From NCBI RefSeq assembly GCF_004010195.1, contig NC_057719.1, positions 86,411,286-86,475,285 on the forward strand: a stretch of DNA of 64,000 bases, in the 5' to 3' direction. This document shows positions 40,401-55,400 of this stretch, piece after piece (the first letter of the stretch is position 1; each line of letters starts with the position of its first letter). This stretch comes from Chiloscyllium plagiosum (lineage: Eukaryota). The notes beneath the pieces were generated by a model, which worked only from the letters and a program-made list of their open reading frames with translations, was not told the origin of the DNA and did no database searches. A program made the position numbers and the translations under genes.

Positions 40401-43400
40401 TACAGGCAGCAGCGAAAAGTGGCCGAGCAGAGGCTGATAGATACGTTCGGTACCCACAGGGAGGGCCTCAACCAGGACCTTGGTTTCATGTCACACTACA
40501 GGTGGCCACCATTGCACTACATGCACATGCACACTTATTCCTGCAGAGACACAGATACACCTATATGCAGACTCTCGCACAGACAGTCACAACATGCTCC
40601 TACAGACACACACACTCCCACACACTCACGTGCACCCTCTCACATACATAGACCCCTTTACACTCTCACTCTCACATTCTGTCTCTCAGAACTCTCAACC
40701 GCCCCACCCCAGATACACGCACACATAAACCCATGTACGTGGGCGCACACACATGTACGTTTGTGGGGTGAATTTGTACTTGCAGAGTTGCAGTTTTTGA
40801 GCAAAATACAACGTATGAATCCATGTAAAACTATGTTAACTCATTTTTTCGATTAGAATCTGTCTAAACATTATGGCACAGACAGGGAACACAGGAGGCT
40901 AATGCCTTCAGCATTTTATCTGGCTACACGAATTGTTAAGTTAGCCTGAGAATGTAACTTTTAAAAAAGTTTTTGTGATTTACGTATGAAAGAAGTGAAA
41001 CTATCATGGTCATTCTAACAGATGAGAGACTTAACAAACAATCAAGATATTTCTGAATGTGTAATTTCAGTTACATCACACTGTAATCTTTTGCTGTAAA
41101 TTCTGTGTCTTACGATCTTATTCTCCCCAACGATCTGATGAAGGAGTAGTGCTCCAAAAGCTAGTGCTTCCAATTAAACCTGTTGGACTATAACCTGGTG
41201 TTGTGATTTTTAACTTTGTAGATCCCAGTCCAACACCGGCATCTCCAAATCGAGGGTTGTTATGACTGTGAAACAAAATGTGATTGAGACTTGGAATGGT
41301 AGTATAATCTGGCTGGCTTTGCATTGTTTATCCTAAACATTTATGATATTCTTCAGTCATCTCCAATTCAGTAAAGTTATCTGCTTCACTAGATTGTTAA
41401 CCAGTCTGTTGCTTCTGGTTACTATAAAAGTGTAGCTTCTTGTAGTGTTTCACTCTAGGGCAGGAGGCCTGAGTTCAAATCCCACCACCTCTTCCAGAGG
41501 TGTGTAAGAACGTCTCTGAACAGGTTGATTTAAAAGTATCTATCTATAACTGTAGCTAATAGATTGTGTGCCAGGATATTCTCCACTCTAGGAAACCATT
41601 TTGCCTTGTTCATTGACAAGTTTTGGCTGAGTACAAAGCATTAATTAAAAAACTTGTACTTGCCCACCAGATGGACAAAGCCGTCTAAATGCAGCCAACT
41701 GTATTAAATGCAAAAACATTGCTGTGACTTAGAATGATTTGTGGATGGAGCACTTTTCACATGTTCTCTATAGGCCATTTGGTACTGAGATGAGAAGAAA
41801 CATTCTCTCTCACACAATGACGAGCCTGTGGAATTCTCTACCATAGGAAGTGGTTGAGGCCAAACATTTAATGTTTTCCAGGAAGAGTTAAGAATAGTTC
41901 TTAGGGCTAAGGGGATCGAAGCATAAGTGCAGAAAGTGGGGGCAGGCTACTGACTTGGATGATTGGCCATGATCGTATTGAATGGCAGAGTAGGCTTCAA
42001 TGGCTGAATGGCTTTCTCCTGGTCCTTTTGCTATATTTCTTCCCCATCCCATAGTTGTATTAATACTCAGAATATGTTTCAACAATTCCCAAAATGCATC
42101 AACACCGCAACATAATTGTTGATCTTCAATTTTAAACTAGTCCAAAACGGAGGTAGTTATGCAGCCATTCACAACAGAGAGTCAGCAGTAAAAGCATCTT
42201 TCAAAGTAAAACTCCTCCCAGAGTCTATGGGTTTCATCATTTATGTAAATGATTTGAATGTGATCATAGGAGGTATGGTTAATATGTTTGCAGATGGCAC
42301 TAAAATTGAATATATAGTGGACAGCGAAGAAGGTTATCTTCCGAGTACAACGGGACGTGGATCAGTTGGGCCAATGGGCTGAGGAGTGGCAGATGGAGTT
42401 TAATTTAGATAAATGTGAGCTACTGAATTTTGGAAAGACAAATCACGGCAGGACTTGTACACTTAATGAAAAAGTCCTGTGGAGTGTTGCTGAACCAGGA
42501 GACCTTGGAGTGCAGGTTCGTAGTTCCTTGAAAGTGGAGTCGCAGATAGATAGGGTAGTGAAGAAGGTGTTTGGTATGCTTTCCTTTGTTGTTCAGTGAA
42601 TTGAGTACAGGGATGTGGAGGCTGTACAGGACATTGGTTAGGCCACTTTTGAAATGCTATGTACAATTCTAGTCTTCCTGCTATAGGAAGGATGTTGTGA
42701 AACTTGAAAGGGTTCAGAAAAGAACTACAAGGATGTTGCCAGGTTTGGAGAGTTTGAGATCTATGGAAAGGCTGAATGGCTAGGGCTATTTTTCCCTAGA
42801 GTGTCAGAGACTGAAGGATGAGCTTACAGAGAGTTGTAAAGTCATGAGGGGCATGAATAGGATAAATAGACAAGGTCTCTTCCTCAGGGGTGGGGGAGTC
42901 CAAAACTAGATGGTCTAGGTTTAAGGTAAGAGAGGAATGATTTAAAAGGAAACTAAGGGAAACTTTTTCATGTAGAGAGTGGTGCATTTATGGAATGAGC
43001 TGCCAGAGGAAGTGGTGGAGGCTGATATAATTACAACATTTAAAAGTTATCTGGGTGGGTATATGAATAGAAAGGATTTAGAAGGGCATGGGCCAAATGC
43101 TAGCAAATGGGACAAGGTAAGATTAGGATGTCTGGTCAGCATAGATGAGTTGGACCAAAGGGTCTGTTTCTGTACTACATATCTGATTCTGTGACACATT
43201 TGGCTATGACACAGATGTGGGCAGATCTTAACATCTCCTTGGAGCTGATAAAAGCATAGATTATTTTAAGTTTATTTAATTCTTCTGAGCGGAACGTATT
43301 CATACCAATAATTGTTTCAATCATGCTAATATCTTAAAATAATACTTCATCAGGATGAATATTCTTTAATAGTTCTTTCTGCACAAGTGTGGTCTAAAGA

Positions 43401-46400
43401 GTTCTCTGAAATTTCATTTACCATATAGTTGCTAAATACACAAGCTCACTGAAGGTTAAAATGTTAAACATAACGCAACCTTTAAAACATAAGGCTGCAG
43501 ACTTATGGAAGGGTGAGAAGGAGGATGAGTCGCATTTGATTAAATGTAGGTGCAAAGTGGAGCATGTATACTTGGCTTGGGACAAAATTCTTCAAGCAAC
43601 TTACTAGGTTATCAACCTGACAATCAGAGGTATTGCAACCAGAAGGTACTTAGATTTCTGTAAATTGTGGAATGAAGAAGTTGGAGTGCCTTCCCTCAAA
43701 AGGTGGAGAAACAGAATAGTTGGCTAGTTTAGCCACACAAAGAAATGTCTCCTGTTACTTGAGTATAGAACAGCAGATGTTCAATCGAGCCCCTGATCAT
43801 CATTTCAAACTCGCTGACTGAGTTAGCGGGAGACAAGAACTTATATGATTTGTTACCTGGTAGATTGCTGAGAATTTCCATCTTTATTTTGGATATTTGA
43901 GAGTGATGGCCTTGCTGTCTTGTTAGGAATTGCTTGAACACAGTTAACTATTTCCTCAAAACAGTGCGAATCAGGAACAAAGTATCTGGAGGAATGTGAT
44001 TGTGCAGCATGATTTGCTCATCTCCACAGTGGATTTACTATGGATTGGAAATGTATTAGTAAATTCAGTTGTGTTGTTAGTATGTCTAAAAGCTCTTTGT
44101 TTAAAGTTACCTTGATTAAATTATTTTGAATCAATTCAAACTATGAATAACCTGCCTCCCTTCTAAACAGTTGGATGGAAAAGGTTCAATAAAGGAGCTT
44201 TTCCCAACTGGGAAGCAACTGGAACCTCTTGTGACTCCTTTGGATGACCAAAAGGTGGCAGTTGGGCAAGATGATTTAACGGTGGTACTGAATAAGGATG
44301 GAGTCTGCACTCAGAAATGTGCCCTGAACTGGACAGATATTCCACTTGCCATGGGTATGGAAACTTTAAGTTGATTGTTCAAATATCTTGCGACTGTTCA
44401 AGAGATTTTTATTTTGTAGAATTGCTACAGGGTATGTAATTACCTTGGACTCTGAAGGATAATCAATGGATGCTAACTAATAATTAGGTAGTGACAGTCA
44501 GTGCTATTACAACAGGCTAGAGGAGTACTCCGTTTCACTCGTCTCACTACTCCACAGGTCACAACATAAAATAAAAATAATTTAGTTTTTACTAAGATAA
44601 GTTACAAGAAAATCAATTAAATAGTTCATGTGTTTTAAACAACAAGATCTATCAGATTTGTTTCTTAATAAATTCAATTATTGGTATGCTATCAAAACAA
44701 AATTTCACCAATTTTTGTGTCTTTATTGAATGATGTTCACAGGCAGAGATAGAGAAGTATAAATTCCTATCCTCAGTATCCCAAAAATGCACAAATCACA
44801 TGCTTTCTTGCAATTGAGAACATAACTTTCACTGTAGAGATTGGTTTTCTTGAAGAAAAAGCATTTTGAACGGTAATTTATTCTTGAGAGTTCTCATGTG
44901 ATCAAGTCACAAAATCACATTTGTCTGAGTTGCAGATGCAGCTGCTCAGGAAATGCAGTGTAAGATGTTATATCAATCACTCTTTAAAAAGAACACCAGT
45001 TTCACACTGAATTCAACAGGAGGGTTTTCTTTTTTGAAATAGGGGAGATCAGCTGGGCAGCTTTGCTTCACAAGCTTTTGTCTAACTCCAATGAAGGTAA
45101 AATATTGTGGGTCTGGAATTCTGAAATTAAAAATACAATTGCTGGAAAAGATCAGCAGGTCTGGCAGAGAGAAATAAAGTGAACTTTTAGAGTCCGATGA
45201 CTCTTTGGAACTTTTGATGCAAGTCATTCACGCTGTTTCTCTTTCCCCAGATGCTGCCAGATCTGCTGATCTTCTGAAACACTTTGTGTTTTGCTTCCTA
45301 TAGCTCAGCTTGTTTTTTTAACAAGCTTTCCTTCACTTGAATCATCTGAAACCAGAATCTCTTCAAGTCAGCCACTCCCATAAGGCATCTTCAGCAGAGC
45401 AAACCATTATCACCTGTCATCTGTTTTAGGTTAGGCTATTTTTTAATGTAGATTAAACTAGTTTTTAAAAAAAAGACTCGAGTGTCAATAATTTTTTTTT
45501 TAAAACAAGTAAGCCACTGTGGCTATTTCCATAAAACTTGAAATACTCCACTTTCAACAACTCTTCAAAACCAAAGTCCTCGTGACAATTTTAAATATAA
45601 TGCATTTCTTGTGGCGAAAACTGTATACTTCTGTGTTACTACCTTTGGTGGATCTGCCCTGCAGATGGGACAGGTCATACTCAAGGATGGCAGTGTTGTC
45701 TGGGTCTTATTCATACTCGGTTATACCTTTCAGACAAGGTCGGGCTCATGCTTAACTCATTAGTGCGGGAGCTCTCCCAATTTTGGCACAAAATACATTA
45801 CTCAAACTGTTGCTCTTCTTTCAAGATCAAGGATATAATTGACTGTTTAATGTATACCATCTCCCCTACTCCTCCTATTCAGCTTCCTCTCCATCATTTT
45901 TATTCTTAGATTTTTGCATCCACTGTATAAATAGACAATGGAGACTTTTGGTTAGGAGAGGAACAATTTATCAAGAAAAATACTGACAGTAGTACTGAAA
46001 GCACATTTTACCAAGACGGAATCGAGTGGACTATGTCATTGGACTACGATTCCAGAGGTTTATGTTTAGTGCTCTGGGGACATTGGTTCAAATCTCACCG
46101 TGGCAGTAGGTGAAATTAATTTTAATTTATTAAGTTAAAATTATAAGCTAGTTTCATTCACAGTGACCATGATACTATTCTCAGTTGCCATAAAAATCCA
46201 TCTGGTTCACTCATGTCCTTGAGAGAAAGAAGTCAGCTGGCCTGATCTCCAAACCTGCAGCAACGTGACTCTTCAATCACCTCTAAAATGACTGACAAGC
46301 TATCCAAGTGTATCCAACCACTAGAGAGGATAAAAGGAATGAAACCAGTCAAACAACCCACAGTCAACCTAGGCGTCAGAAAGACAATGGCAAACTCACC

Positions 46401-49400
46401 ACTCTTGATTTTGTGCAGTCCTTTTTCTAAACATCAGGAGATTTCTGCCAAAATTGGAAGAGCTCCCCCACAGATAAGGTAAGCATCAGCCTGACCTCAT
46501 CTGCAGGTAACAATTTAGTGAGTATGTGCATGATCCCGACAACATTGCTGTTCTTGTTTATGACCTGTACCATCTGCATGACAGACCCACTAGAGGTGGT
46601 AGCACGGTGGTATGCAATCAGGAGGGAGTCACCTCTGTAGTTCTCAACATTTGACACTAGACCCGATGAAATCTCATTACGTCAGGCCATGGTTAAGGCA
46701 ACCATCTATACAAAGCCACAGCTGATGAGCGGGTACTATTCTAAGTTGAATACCAATTGAAGAAACACTGATCGTAGCAAGGGCATAGAATGTACTCCGG
46801 TTGGGGAATTTCAGTTTCAAAGAGTGATTTGGAAGCACCATTACTCCCCAAGCTGACCGAGAGAAGGGTGGAGCTGCTGAAATGGGTCTGCAGTAGATGA
46901 TGAGGGAACCCAACAAGAGGACAAAGCCAACTTTGATGTTGCTTTTCCCAGCTACTTGTCTCAGATGCATTGATGGGTGACAGTATTGGTGGAAATGACC
47001 ACTGCACAGTCTGAGAATGAGAATATCCGCCATTGTGTTGTGTGGCACAACCAAGGGCTAACTGGTCTAGCTTTCAAAACTAAACATCCTTTACTGAGGG
47101 TGATTTTGAGCAGTAAAGTTGTATTCAGCATAGAGTCATAGAGATGTACAGCTTGGAAACAGACCCTTCGGTCTAACCCGTCCATGCCCACCAGATATCC
47201 CAATCTAGTCCCACCTGCCAGCACCCGGCCCATATCCCTCCAAACCCTTCCGATTCATATACCCATCCAAATGCCTCTTAAATGTTGCAATTGTACCAGC
47301 CTCCACCACATCCTCTGGCAGCTCATTCCATACACGTACCACCTTCTGCGTGAAAAAGTTGCCCCTTAGATCTCTTTTATATCTTTTCCCCCCTCACCCT
47401 AAACCTATGCCCTCTAGTTCTGGACTCCCCGACCCTAGGGAAAAGACTTTGTCTATTTATCCTATCCATGCCCCTCATAATTTTGTAAACCTCTATAAGG
47501 TTACCCCTCAGCCTCCGACGCTCCAGGGAAAACAGCCCTAGCCTGTTCAGCCTCTCCCTGTAGCTCAAATCCTCCAACCCTGGCAACATTCTTGTAAATC
47601 TTTTCTGAACCCTTTCACGTTTCACAACATCTTTCCGATAGGAAGGAGACCAGAATTGCACGCAATATTCCAACAGAGGCCTAACTAATGTCCTGTACAG
47701 CCGCAATATGACCTCCCAACTCCTATACTCAATACATATGCCCTAACTACCATTATCATAAAACTAATGAATCCATAACATAAGATTGTTTGAATGTCAA
47801 ATAGTGGTAGCAGCATGCGATAGACAAAGTTAAGTGATCGGACAACCAGTGAATTAGATCTAAACTCCACGGTTCTGTTGCTTCAATTGTGAGCAATTTG
47901 TTTTCTATTTATTCATTTGTGGGATGAGGGTCTTGCTGGCTGGCCAGCATTTATTGCCCATCCCTAGTTGACCTTGAAAAGGTGGTGGTGAGCTGCCTCT
48001 TGAACTGCTGCAGTCCACCTGCTATGCGTTAACCCACAATGCCTTTACGGAGAGAATTCCAGGATTTTGACCCAGTGGGTGTGAAGAAACTGTGATATAT
48101 CTCCAAGGCAGGATCGTGAGTGGCTTGAGGGAAGGTTGAAAGTGGTGGTGTTCCTATATATCTGCTGCCCTTGTCTTTCCATATGAAAGTGGTTGTGGGT
48201 TTGGAATGGGCTATTGATACCAGATGATTTGCCTGGTTTCATTTCTTTAAGACTTTGTAGCAATTTGTATAGTTGAATAGCTTGCTAGGCTATTTCAGAG
48301 GGCTAAATTGAGAGTTCAATGACTTTGCTATGGGTCTGGAGTCACATGAAGGCCAGACCAGGTGAGGATGGCAGATTTCCTTTGCTGGAGGGCATTGAAC
48401 CAGGTGGGTTTTTTCAATAATCAGCGAAGATTTCATGGTTATCATAGATTCTTAATTCCAGATTTTTTAAAAAATCATAATTTAATAATTTAACAATATA
48501 ATTAATAGAGGTAGATGCTCCCCAAATATACCCATCTTCAATGATGAGAGAGTCCTATAAATTGCTGCAAATGTAAGTTTCAATTGCAACCATCTTCAGC
48601 TAGAAATACCAAGTGAAAGATCCAGCTCTACTTCCTCATGAGGTCTCCAACTTATAAATGCCGCACTTCAGTCTATTTGATTCATTCAATGTGATATCAA
48701 GAAATAGCTGAATTATGGAATCACAGAATTGTTAAGAGTACATCGTGGTTTTATTCCCTCTCAATCTCCCATACTATTACCATTGAGAATAATTGTAGCT
48801 TAGATTAATTAAATCAGCATAGCCAAGGAATTGATTTTGAACCAACTGCCACGCTGTTTTAAAAGTACTTATTAGTAGCAACCTTGAAGAGAAAAACACT
48901 AAGCAGACTTTCCCACTAAAGCCAATACAACTGCTCAAAGAAAGTTGTTTCTAAGCAATTGCATTCATTTCATGATTGTCTCCAATAGAACATCAGTCGC
49001 CTTATATCATAGCAGTGCTGCCACGATATGTGGAGATCCGTACCTTTGAACCACGCCTGCTGGTACAGAGTGTAGAGCTGCAGAGGCCACGTTTTATCAC
49101 GTCGGGAGGGTAAGTAAATGCATGTGACCATTTTGTTGCCTTAGCAAAACAAACATTGCACACGAAAGGTTTTCAGGAAGTTGAAACAGGAACAGAAATT
49201 GCTGGAAGAAAGGGTCACTGAAGAGGAGTAACTGGACACGAAACATTAATTCTGATTTCTCTCTAAAGATGTTGACAGAGTGGCTGAGTTTTTCTGGCAA
49301 TTTTCTGATTTTGTTTCTGATTTCCACCATCCGCAGTTCTTTGGGTGTTTTTTTGTTTCAGGAAGTTGATCCTTCCAGGCAGGCTGTTTTTGGTCAACTG

Positions 49401-52400
49401 AGAGCAAAATCATTATGAAGCTGGAAACTGTAAGTGTCACATGGAATGGGGGATTTGAATTCATTCCCACAAATTACTAAAGTGAGTACATATGAACACA
49501 CCAATTAGAAACAGAACAAGTCCATTCAGCTCCTTAAGCCTGCTGTGCCATTCAGTAAAACGGTTTGATTTGTTTCTGTATTAAATTCCGAATTCCCATC
49601 TAACCATATTGATGTTCAGTTCCCTTACCTTAGACAAAGTACTTCCACCTTTTAAAAATATTTATTGATTTCCACCTCCATCCAACCTCCACTGCCTTAA
49701 GACCTGAGAGCTCCAAAACATCTCAACCTTTGGAAAAAGAAATTTCTGCTTGACTCCAAGCCAAAAGGATGTTCTCTAATTTTTAATCTCTACCCCCTAA
49801 TTCTGGACTCATCCACAAAAGAAATCATCCTTTCCATGTGCACCTTGTCAAGCCTGTTCAGAATTTTATATAATATATGTATTATCTATAAACTTAAAAC
49901 ATTAATTTATAGTACTGTTCTGTTGTGCACTGCATAGTTTTGTTGTACATGATTAATTTAGTTAATGTACAGTACCTTTTATTCTTTTAACAGCCTGCAG
50001 TATTTAATATGGCAGAGGACCTCCGTGTCCGCCAGACTGCAATGCTTATGTTTGTGCTCAGTGTTACTGTTATCTGAAGAATGCATGTTATTCAGCTGAA
50101 ATAGTGAGATACACATGCCACTCTATATAGCCTCAATATTGTTCTTATAGTGTGGAACCAATAATTTACACAGCACAATATAAATTATTCTGATAACATA
50201 AGGGCTACTTATTATCCCTTGGCTGTATGTTCCAGAAGCTTGTTTGTACTACTGTATTTTAAACCCACTGTATCATCTCACATTCATATGAATCAGTAAT
50301 TAAGTATATCTTTTATTTCCACATTGATGTCATCCTTCTGTATCGCAACATGGGCAGTCCTAGAGTCTTATTTTGCTTCAGCCATCTTCATTTTCCACTC
50401 GGCCATAAGATCAGCATTGTTTTAGCAATCAAAGAGAAACACTGGCCTGAATGTTTGTTTATTTCTACCACTACTGACACAATTATGATGGTGTACGTTT
50501 TTGCTTTAAAGAATGGTGTAACTTGTCAAAGTAATGAGCACCAGAAGCATGCAAATACCTAGCTGATTCCACCTGATCTGCTCTTCCCTTTCTAAGAAGT
50601 TGCTCAACACCTCTCAAAAATATATATTTTGTAAGCAGCCTGTTGAGAGATGTTATGACACATCTCTGCAGCATGTGGGACTTGAACTTAGGCTTCTTCA
50701 CTCAAAGGCAGGGACGCTACCATTGCGCTCCAAGAGCCCTCCTCTTACAGAAATAATTTAATGATCAAATAGTGGTCACCTGGAGTCATTTGTGATAAAC
50801 CAGTTAGCTGGAGAGGTGTAATGAATGATCCAGTCTTGATCTCTTTGCCCTTTTTTCTCTCCTTCTGGTCTCCACTTCCCAGGCCTAATATTGTTTATGT
50901 GGCTAGCAATCACTTTGTATGGCGACTGGTACCAGTTTCAATTGCAACTCAGATCCGACAGCTTCTCCAGGACAAGCAATTTGAATTGGCCTTGCAGCTT
51001 GCTGTAAGTATTTACAACATTTACTTTCACAATTGCATATCTTCTGAAATTACCCCAAAAGCTCCATGTATAATCATGCTCTATGTCTCTTCCTGCATTT
51101 GGTAGATGAAATGATCTCAACCTCTGGCTGCAGTTTTGCAGTATCATGTCAAATAATTTTAATAGGATCATTGGTTAAAAAATATGTTCTATATCATGTT
51201 GAGAGATGTGAAATAGAGATACTAGACTATTCCACATAACTTTTACTGGATGTATTTTATTGTCTCTGGTTGTAATTAATTTTATTTTTTAATTCTTTAG
51301 TAAGGCATATTCCAGAAAGATATGGACAATGAACAGATAAGACAGATCAATACATTCAATTCAGTGCAGTGGCATGTGTAGGTAATGCAGCTTGGAGAAA
51401 AGAGGGTGAACAGATTTTTCTGATTCGAATAACGACACCAGTCTGTGGATGCAGATAGAGTTATAGCGTCAGTCTCCATGCTGTATAACTCTTCGGTCCA
51501 CACCAACCATTGTCTTAGACTATGTCTATATCTGTCTATATATCTCCAAATCTTTCCTATTAATGTACTTATCCAAATGTCTTTTAAACATTGTAAGTGT
51601 ACCTGCATCCACCACTTACTCTGGCAGTTCATTCCAAACACTAATGACTCTGTGTGAACATGTTGCCAGTCATGTTCTTTTTAAATCTTTCTCCTCTCTC
51701 CTTTAAAAATATGCTCCCTGGTTTTGAACTCCCTCACCCTAGGGAAAAGACCTTTGTCATGATTTGATAAACCTCAACGAGGTCACCCCTCAACCTCCTA
51801 CGCTGTTGTGAAAAGTCCCAGTAGTTCTAGTCTACTTTTATATCTCAACTCCTCAGATCTCTGAGAACTTGAAATAAGACAAAAACTTTTTTAACATTCT
51901 CACTGTTGAATAGAAGTATTAGATATATGTTGCCAAATCAAAACCCCAAGTTAAATATGACCCGTCGGCAAGGCTTCCTGCTACTTCCAGTCCGTGTAAT
52001 CAAACCCTTTCCTTTCCAGTTCAGATTTCATGGATTCCCTTTTTCCTTGTAATTCAATGCTTTCTTTTTCTCTTACTTTGAAACGTTTTGGCTTTTCTCC
52101 TATTACTTTTCATGCCTTCTGATTTTCCTCCATGAAATTTAAATTCTAGCTGTTTAATTCTCTTCCACTTTCCATTTTGAGCTGCTTCATTTATAACTGA
52201 ATCCTAACTAATTTAGCATTTTACATAGTTTAATCTTTTCATCCTCAAGCTGCAGATAATGAGGCAATACTTCAACTGCTTCTGTTTTCATAGTGCCAAC
52301 TTGTAAATGTATTTATTATTAATCAGCAGTGGCATAAAAATTAACATGTTTTACTCTTGCACACAATGCATAGACAAGTTCTCATTTAAAGGATGTAGCT

Positions 52401-55400
52401 ATTTTAATTTACAATAAATGCAACAGATTTCATTGTGAAATATTGAAATCATGTGAATGCTGGCCTTTCGTAGTGTACTTATGGATTCTAAATCCTATAA
52501 AAGCCCCTGAACTGTTACTGTTGAAGAGGGATTTTAAAGAGGAGTCTGAGTCCCATGTTCAGCAGTACAAATAAATCTTTGTTTGGAGCTCCTTGCCAGT
52601 GCAGCATGGGAGAGGTCTCTAGGAAACTCTTATTTTTTAATAAAGTACAGGATATGAATACATGCTGCATTACAATAGTGAGACCTCAGTGCTTACCGCA
52701 TCCTCTCTGATCTACACATCCAATTCTTTCAATACATGATCAATGATTGGCAACTTCATGGTCAAGCCTAGATCCTCCTTCACCCTTGAACCTCACCTAT
52801 CCAAGCGCAACAGGGGCAACACAGCCTTCCAAGTCCTCATCTTCCACCCCACAAAACTCTGGATACATTGTAGGTGGCAGAAATGGCAGAGGATGATACA
52901 AACAGACCTCACCACCAGAGATATATTTCCCTTCCCACCCATATCTGCTTCCCTGACTACCTTGTTAGATCCACGCCCCCCCACCAACCCACCCTCCACT
53001 CCGGGCACCTTCCCCTGCCACTGCTGCAAGAAGTGCAAAACCTGCATCCACACCTCCCCGCTCACCTCCGTCCAAGGCCCCAAAGGAGCCTTCAACATCC
53101 AACACAGATCTACCTGTACTTCCACACACGTCATCCACTGTATCTGTTGCACTCGATGTGGTGTCCTCTACATTGGGGAGACAGGATGCCAACTTGCGGA
53201 TCGTTTCAGAGAACATCTTTGAGACACCGACACTAAACAACCCTACGGCCCTGTGGCTGAACACTTTACGTCCCCCTCCCACTTTGCCAAGGACATGCAG
53301 GTCCTCGGCCTCCTCCATTGCCAAACCCTAACCACCCGATGTCTGGGGAAGCCTCATCTTCCACATTGGGACCCTCCAACCATTGGATCAATGTGGATTT
53401 CCCCAGTTTCCTCTTGCCCCTCCCCCTCCCCCCCCCCCCCCCCCACCTTATTCCAGTTCCAACTTGGCACCACCCTCTTAAACTATCCTACCTGTCCATC
53501 TTCCTTCCCACCTACCGTTCCACACTCCTCTCCTGTCTATCACTTTCACCACCTCCTTCATCCACCTATTGCATTTCCAGCTACCTTCCTCCCTCAGCCC
53601 CATCCACCTCCCATTTATCTCTCAGCCCTCTTGGCCCACAAGCCTCATTTTTGATGAAGGGCTTATGCCCAAAATATCAATTCTCCTGCTCCAGAATGCT
53701 GCCTGTCCGGCTGTGCTTTTCCAACACCACACACACTTCCACATTTTAATACTGACTGTAAAGTGCCTTCCCAAACATTTTCCATTTGTATCATATATTT
53801 ATTTATTTATTACTAGTGACTTTCCAAACTCTGTTATGCAATTTATAATCCTTTCCTAACCTTAGTGCAAAAGATTAGAAAGGATGTTAATTTCTATCAA
53901 TAGTTGTAATGTTTGTAATATCAGCCCTAATATAAAATTATTTTATAAAGTTATTCATAGTTACTAGAATTCTGTGACAAATCTGACAATTTAGGTAGCA
54001 GCTTCCCTCTTTTGAAAGGCTAGACAAAGCAGTCTCTTTGTCTAGCAGCTGCCATTTACAACTTCTTCTATTTGCATGCTGCAAGATGGTGGAAAATATT
54101 TTGATGCCAGGATGGACTTTTTTGTCATTACTTTAAATACTTTTCGTACTGTTTCTCTTTACTAAATGGGATAGCACCTATTCAAATGCCATTGATAGGA
54201 ATGATATTCAATAACATCTACAGTTTTATCAAGTCAGGCCACCCATTTTTGAGTATTTGTCTGAAGAGTTGCTGTTTTTGTTTCAGAAAATGAAAGATGA
54301 CTCCGATAGCGATAAGTGGCAGCAGATCCACCATATTCAGAACTTGTTTGCTTTCAATCTGTTTTGCCAAAAACGCTTTGATGACTCCATGCAGGTCTTC
54401 GCGAAGCTTGGCACAGGTGACAAAGTGGCTTTATTGTTTAAAACTTGGGCCAACCGTATTTACAGTGCAGTAAAGAATTGAGGCTCAAAAGAAAAGACCA
54501 TTGATATCCTCTAGAATAAAATATTTCTTATTGCTTTCATTTCATTCCAGTTAACAATTTCATGAGGCATGAATTGTTGCTCAGTGATGCTGAACTTGTA
54601 TTTTAATGCTTCCTCTGTTGAAGAGGTGAAAGAAGAGAGTGCTGTATTTGGAGTTCTTGAAAGCAATTTGGAGTCAACAGCTCTATGATTGTTTTAATGT
54701 CACCATGTGAGAATACAGTGGAAAGTGGTAATACTAAAAATGTGATGCTCTCAAGAAACTGGAGGGATGGTTTCCTTCTGAAATTATCTGCAAACTGAAG
54801 AGTCATGAAACACATGACTGAGTTTGAGTAAATGCAAAATATGACAGTGAAGAACGTTACCTCAGAGTTCAACAGGATCTTGATTAAATGGGCCTGTGGC
54901 AAATGGAGTTTAATTTTGCTAAATGTGGGTTGCTTCATTTTGGATAGACAAATCAAGACAGGACTTCATGGTAAGGTCCTAGGAGTGTTGCTGAACAAAG
55001 AGACCTTGGAGTGCAGATTCATTCTTCCTTGAAACTGGAGTCGCAGGTTGGTAGAATAGTGAAGATGATGCTTGGTATGCTTGCCTTCATTGGTCAGTGC
55101 ATTGAGTATAGGAGTTAGGAGGTCGTGGTACATTGATTAGGCCACTTTTGGAATACTGCGTTCAATTATTGTCTCTCTGCTGTAGAATGATGTTGTGAAA
55201 GGTTTCAGAAAAGATTTAGAAGGATGTTGGCAAGTTGGAGGTTTGAGCTGTCGGGAGAGGCTAAGTAGACAGGGGCTATCTTCACTGGAGAGTCTGAGGC
55301 TGATGGATGACCTTATAGAGGTTTACAAAAATAATGAAGGTCATGAAAAGGGTGAATAACCAAGGTCTTTTCCCCAGGATGAGAGATTTCCAAACTAGAG

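Noticed and set aside
52874..52900. MAEMAEDD peptide resembling the VPS39 exon 10/11 junction (LAEMKDD)
   Set aside because: Coincidental; it lies in the inverted PLE segment, and the real exon 11 is at 54287.
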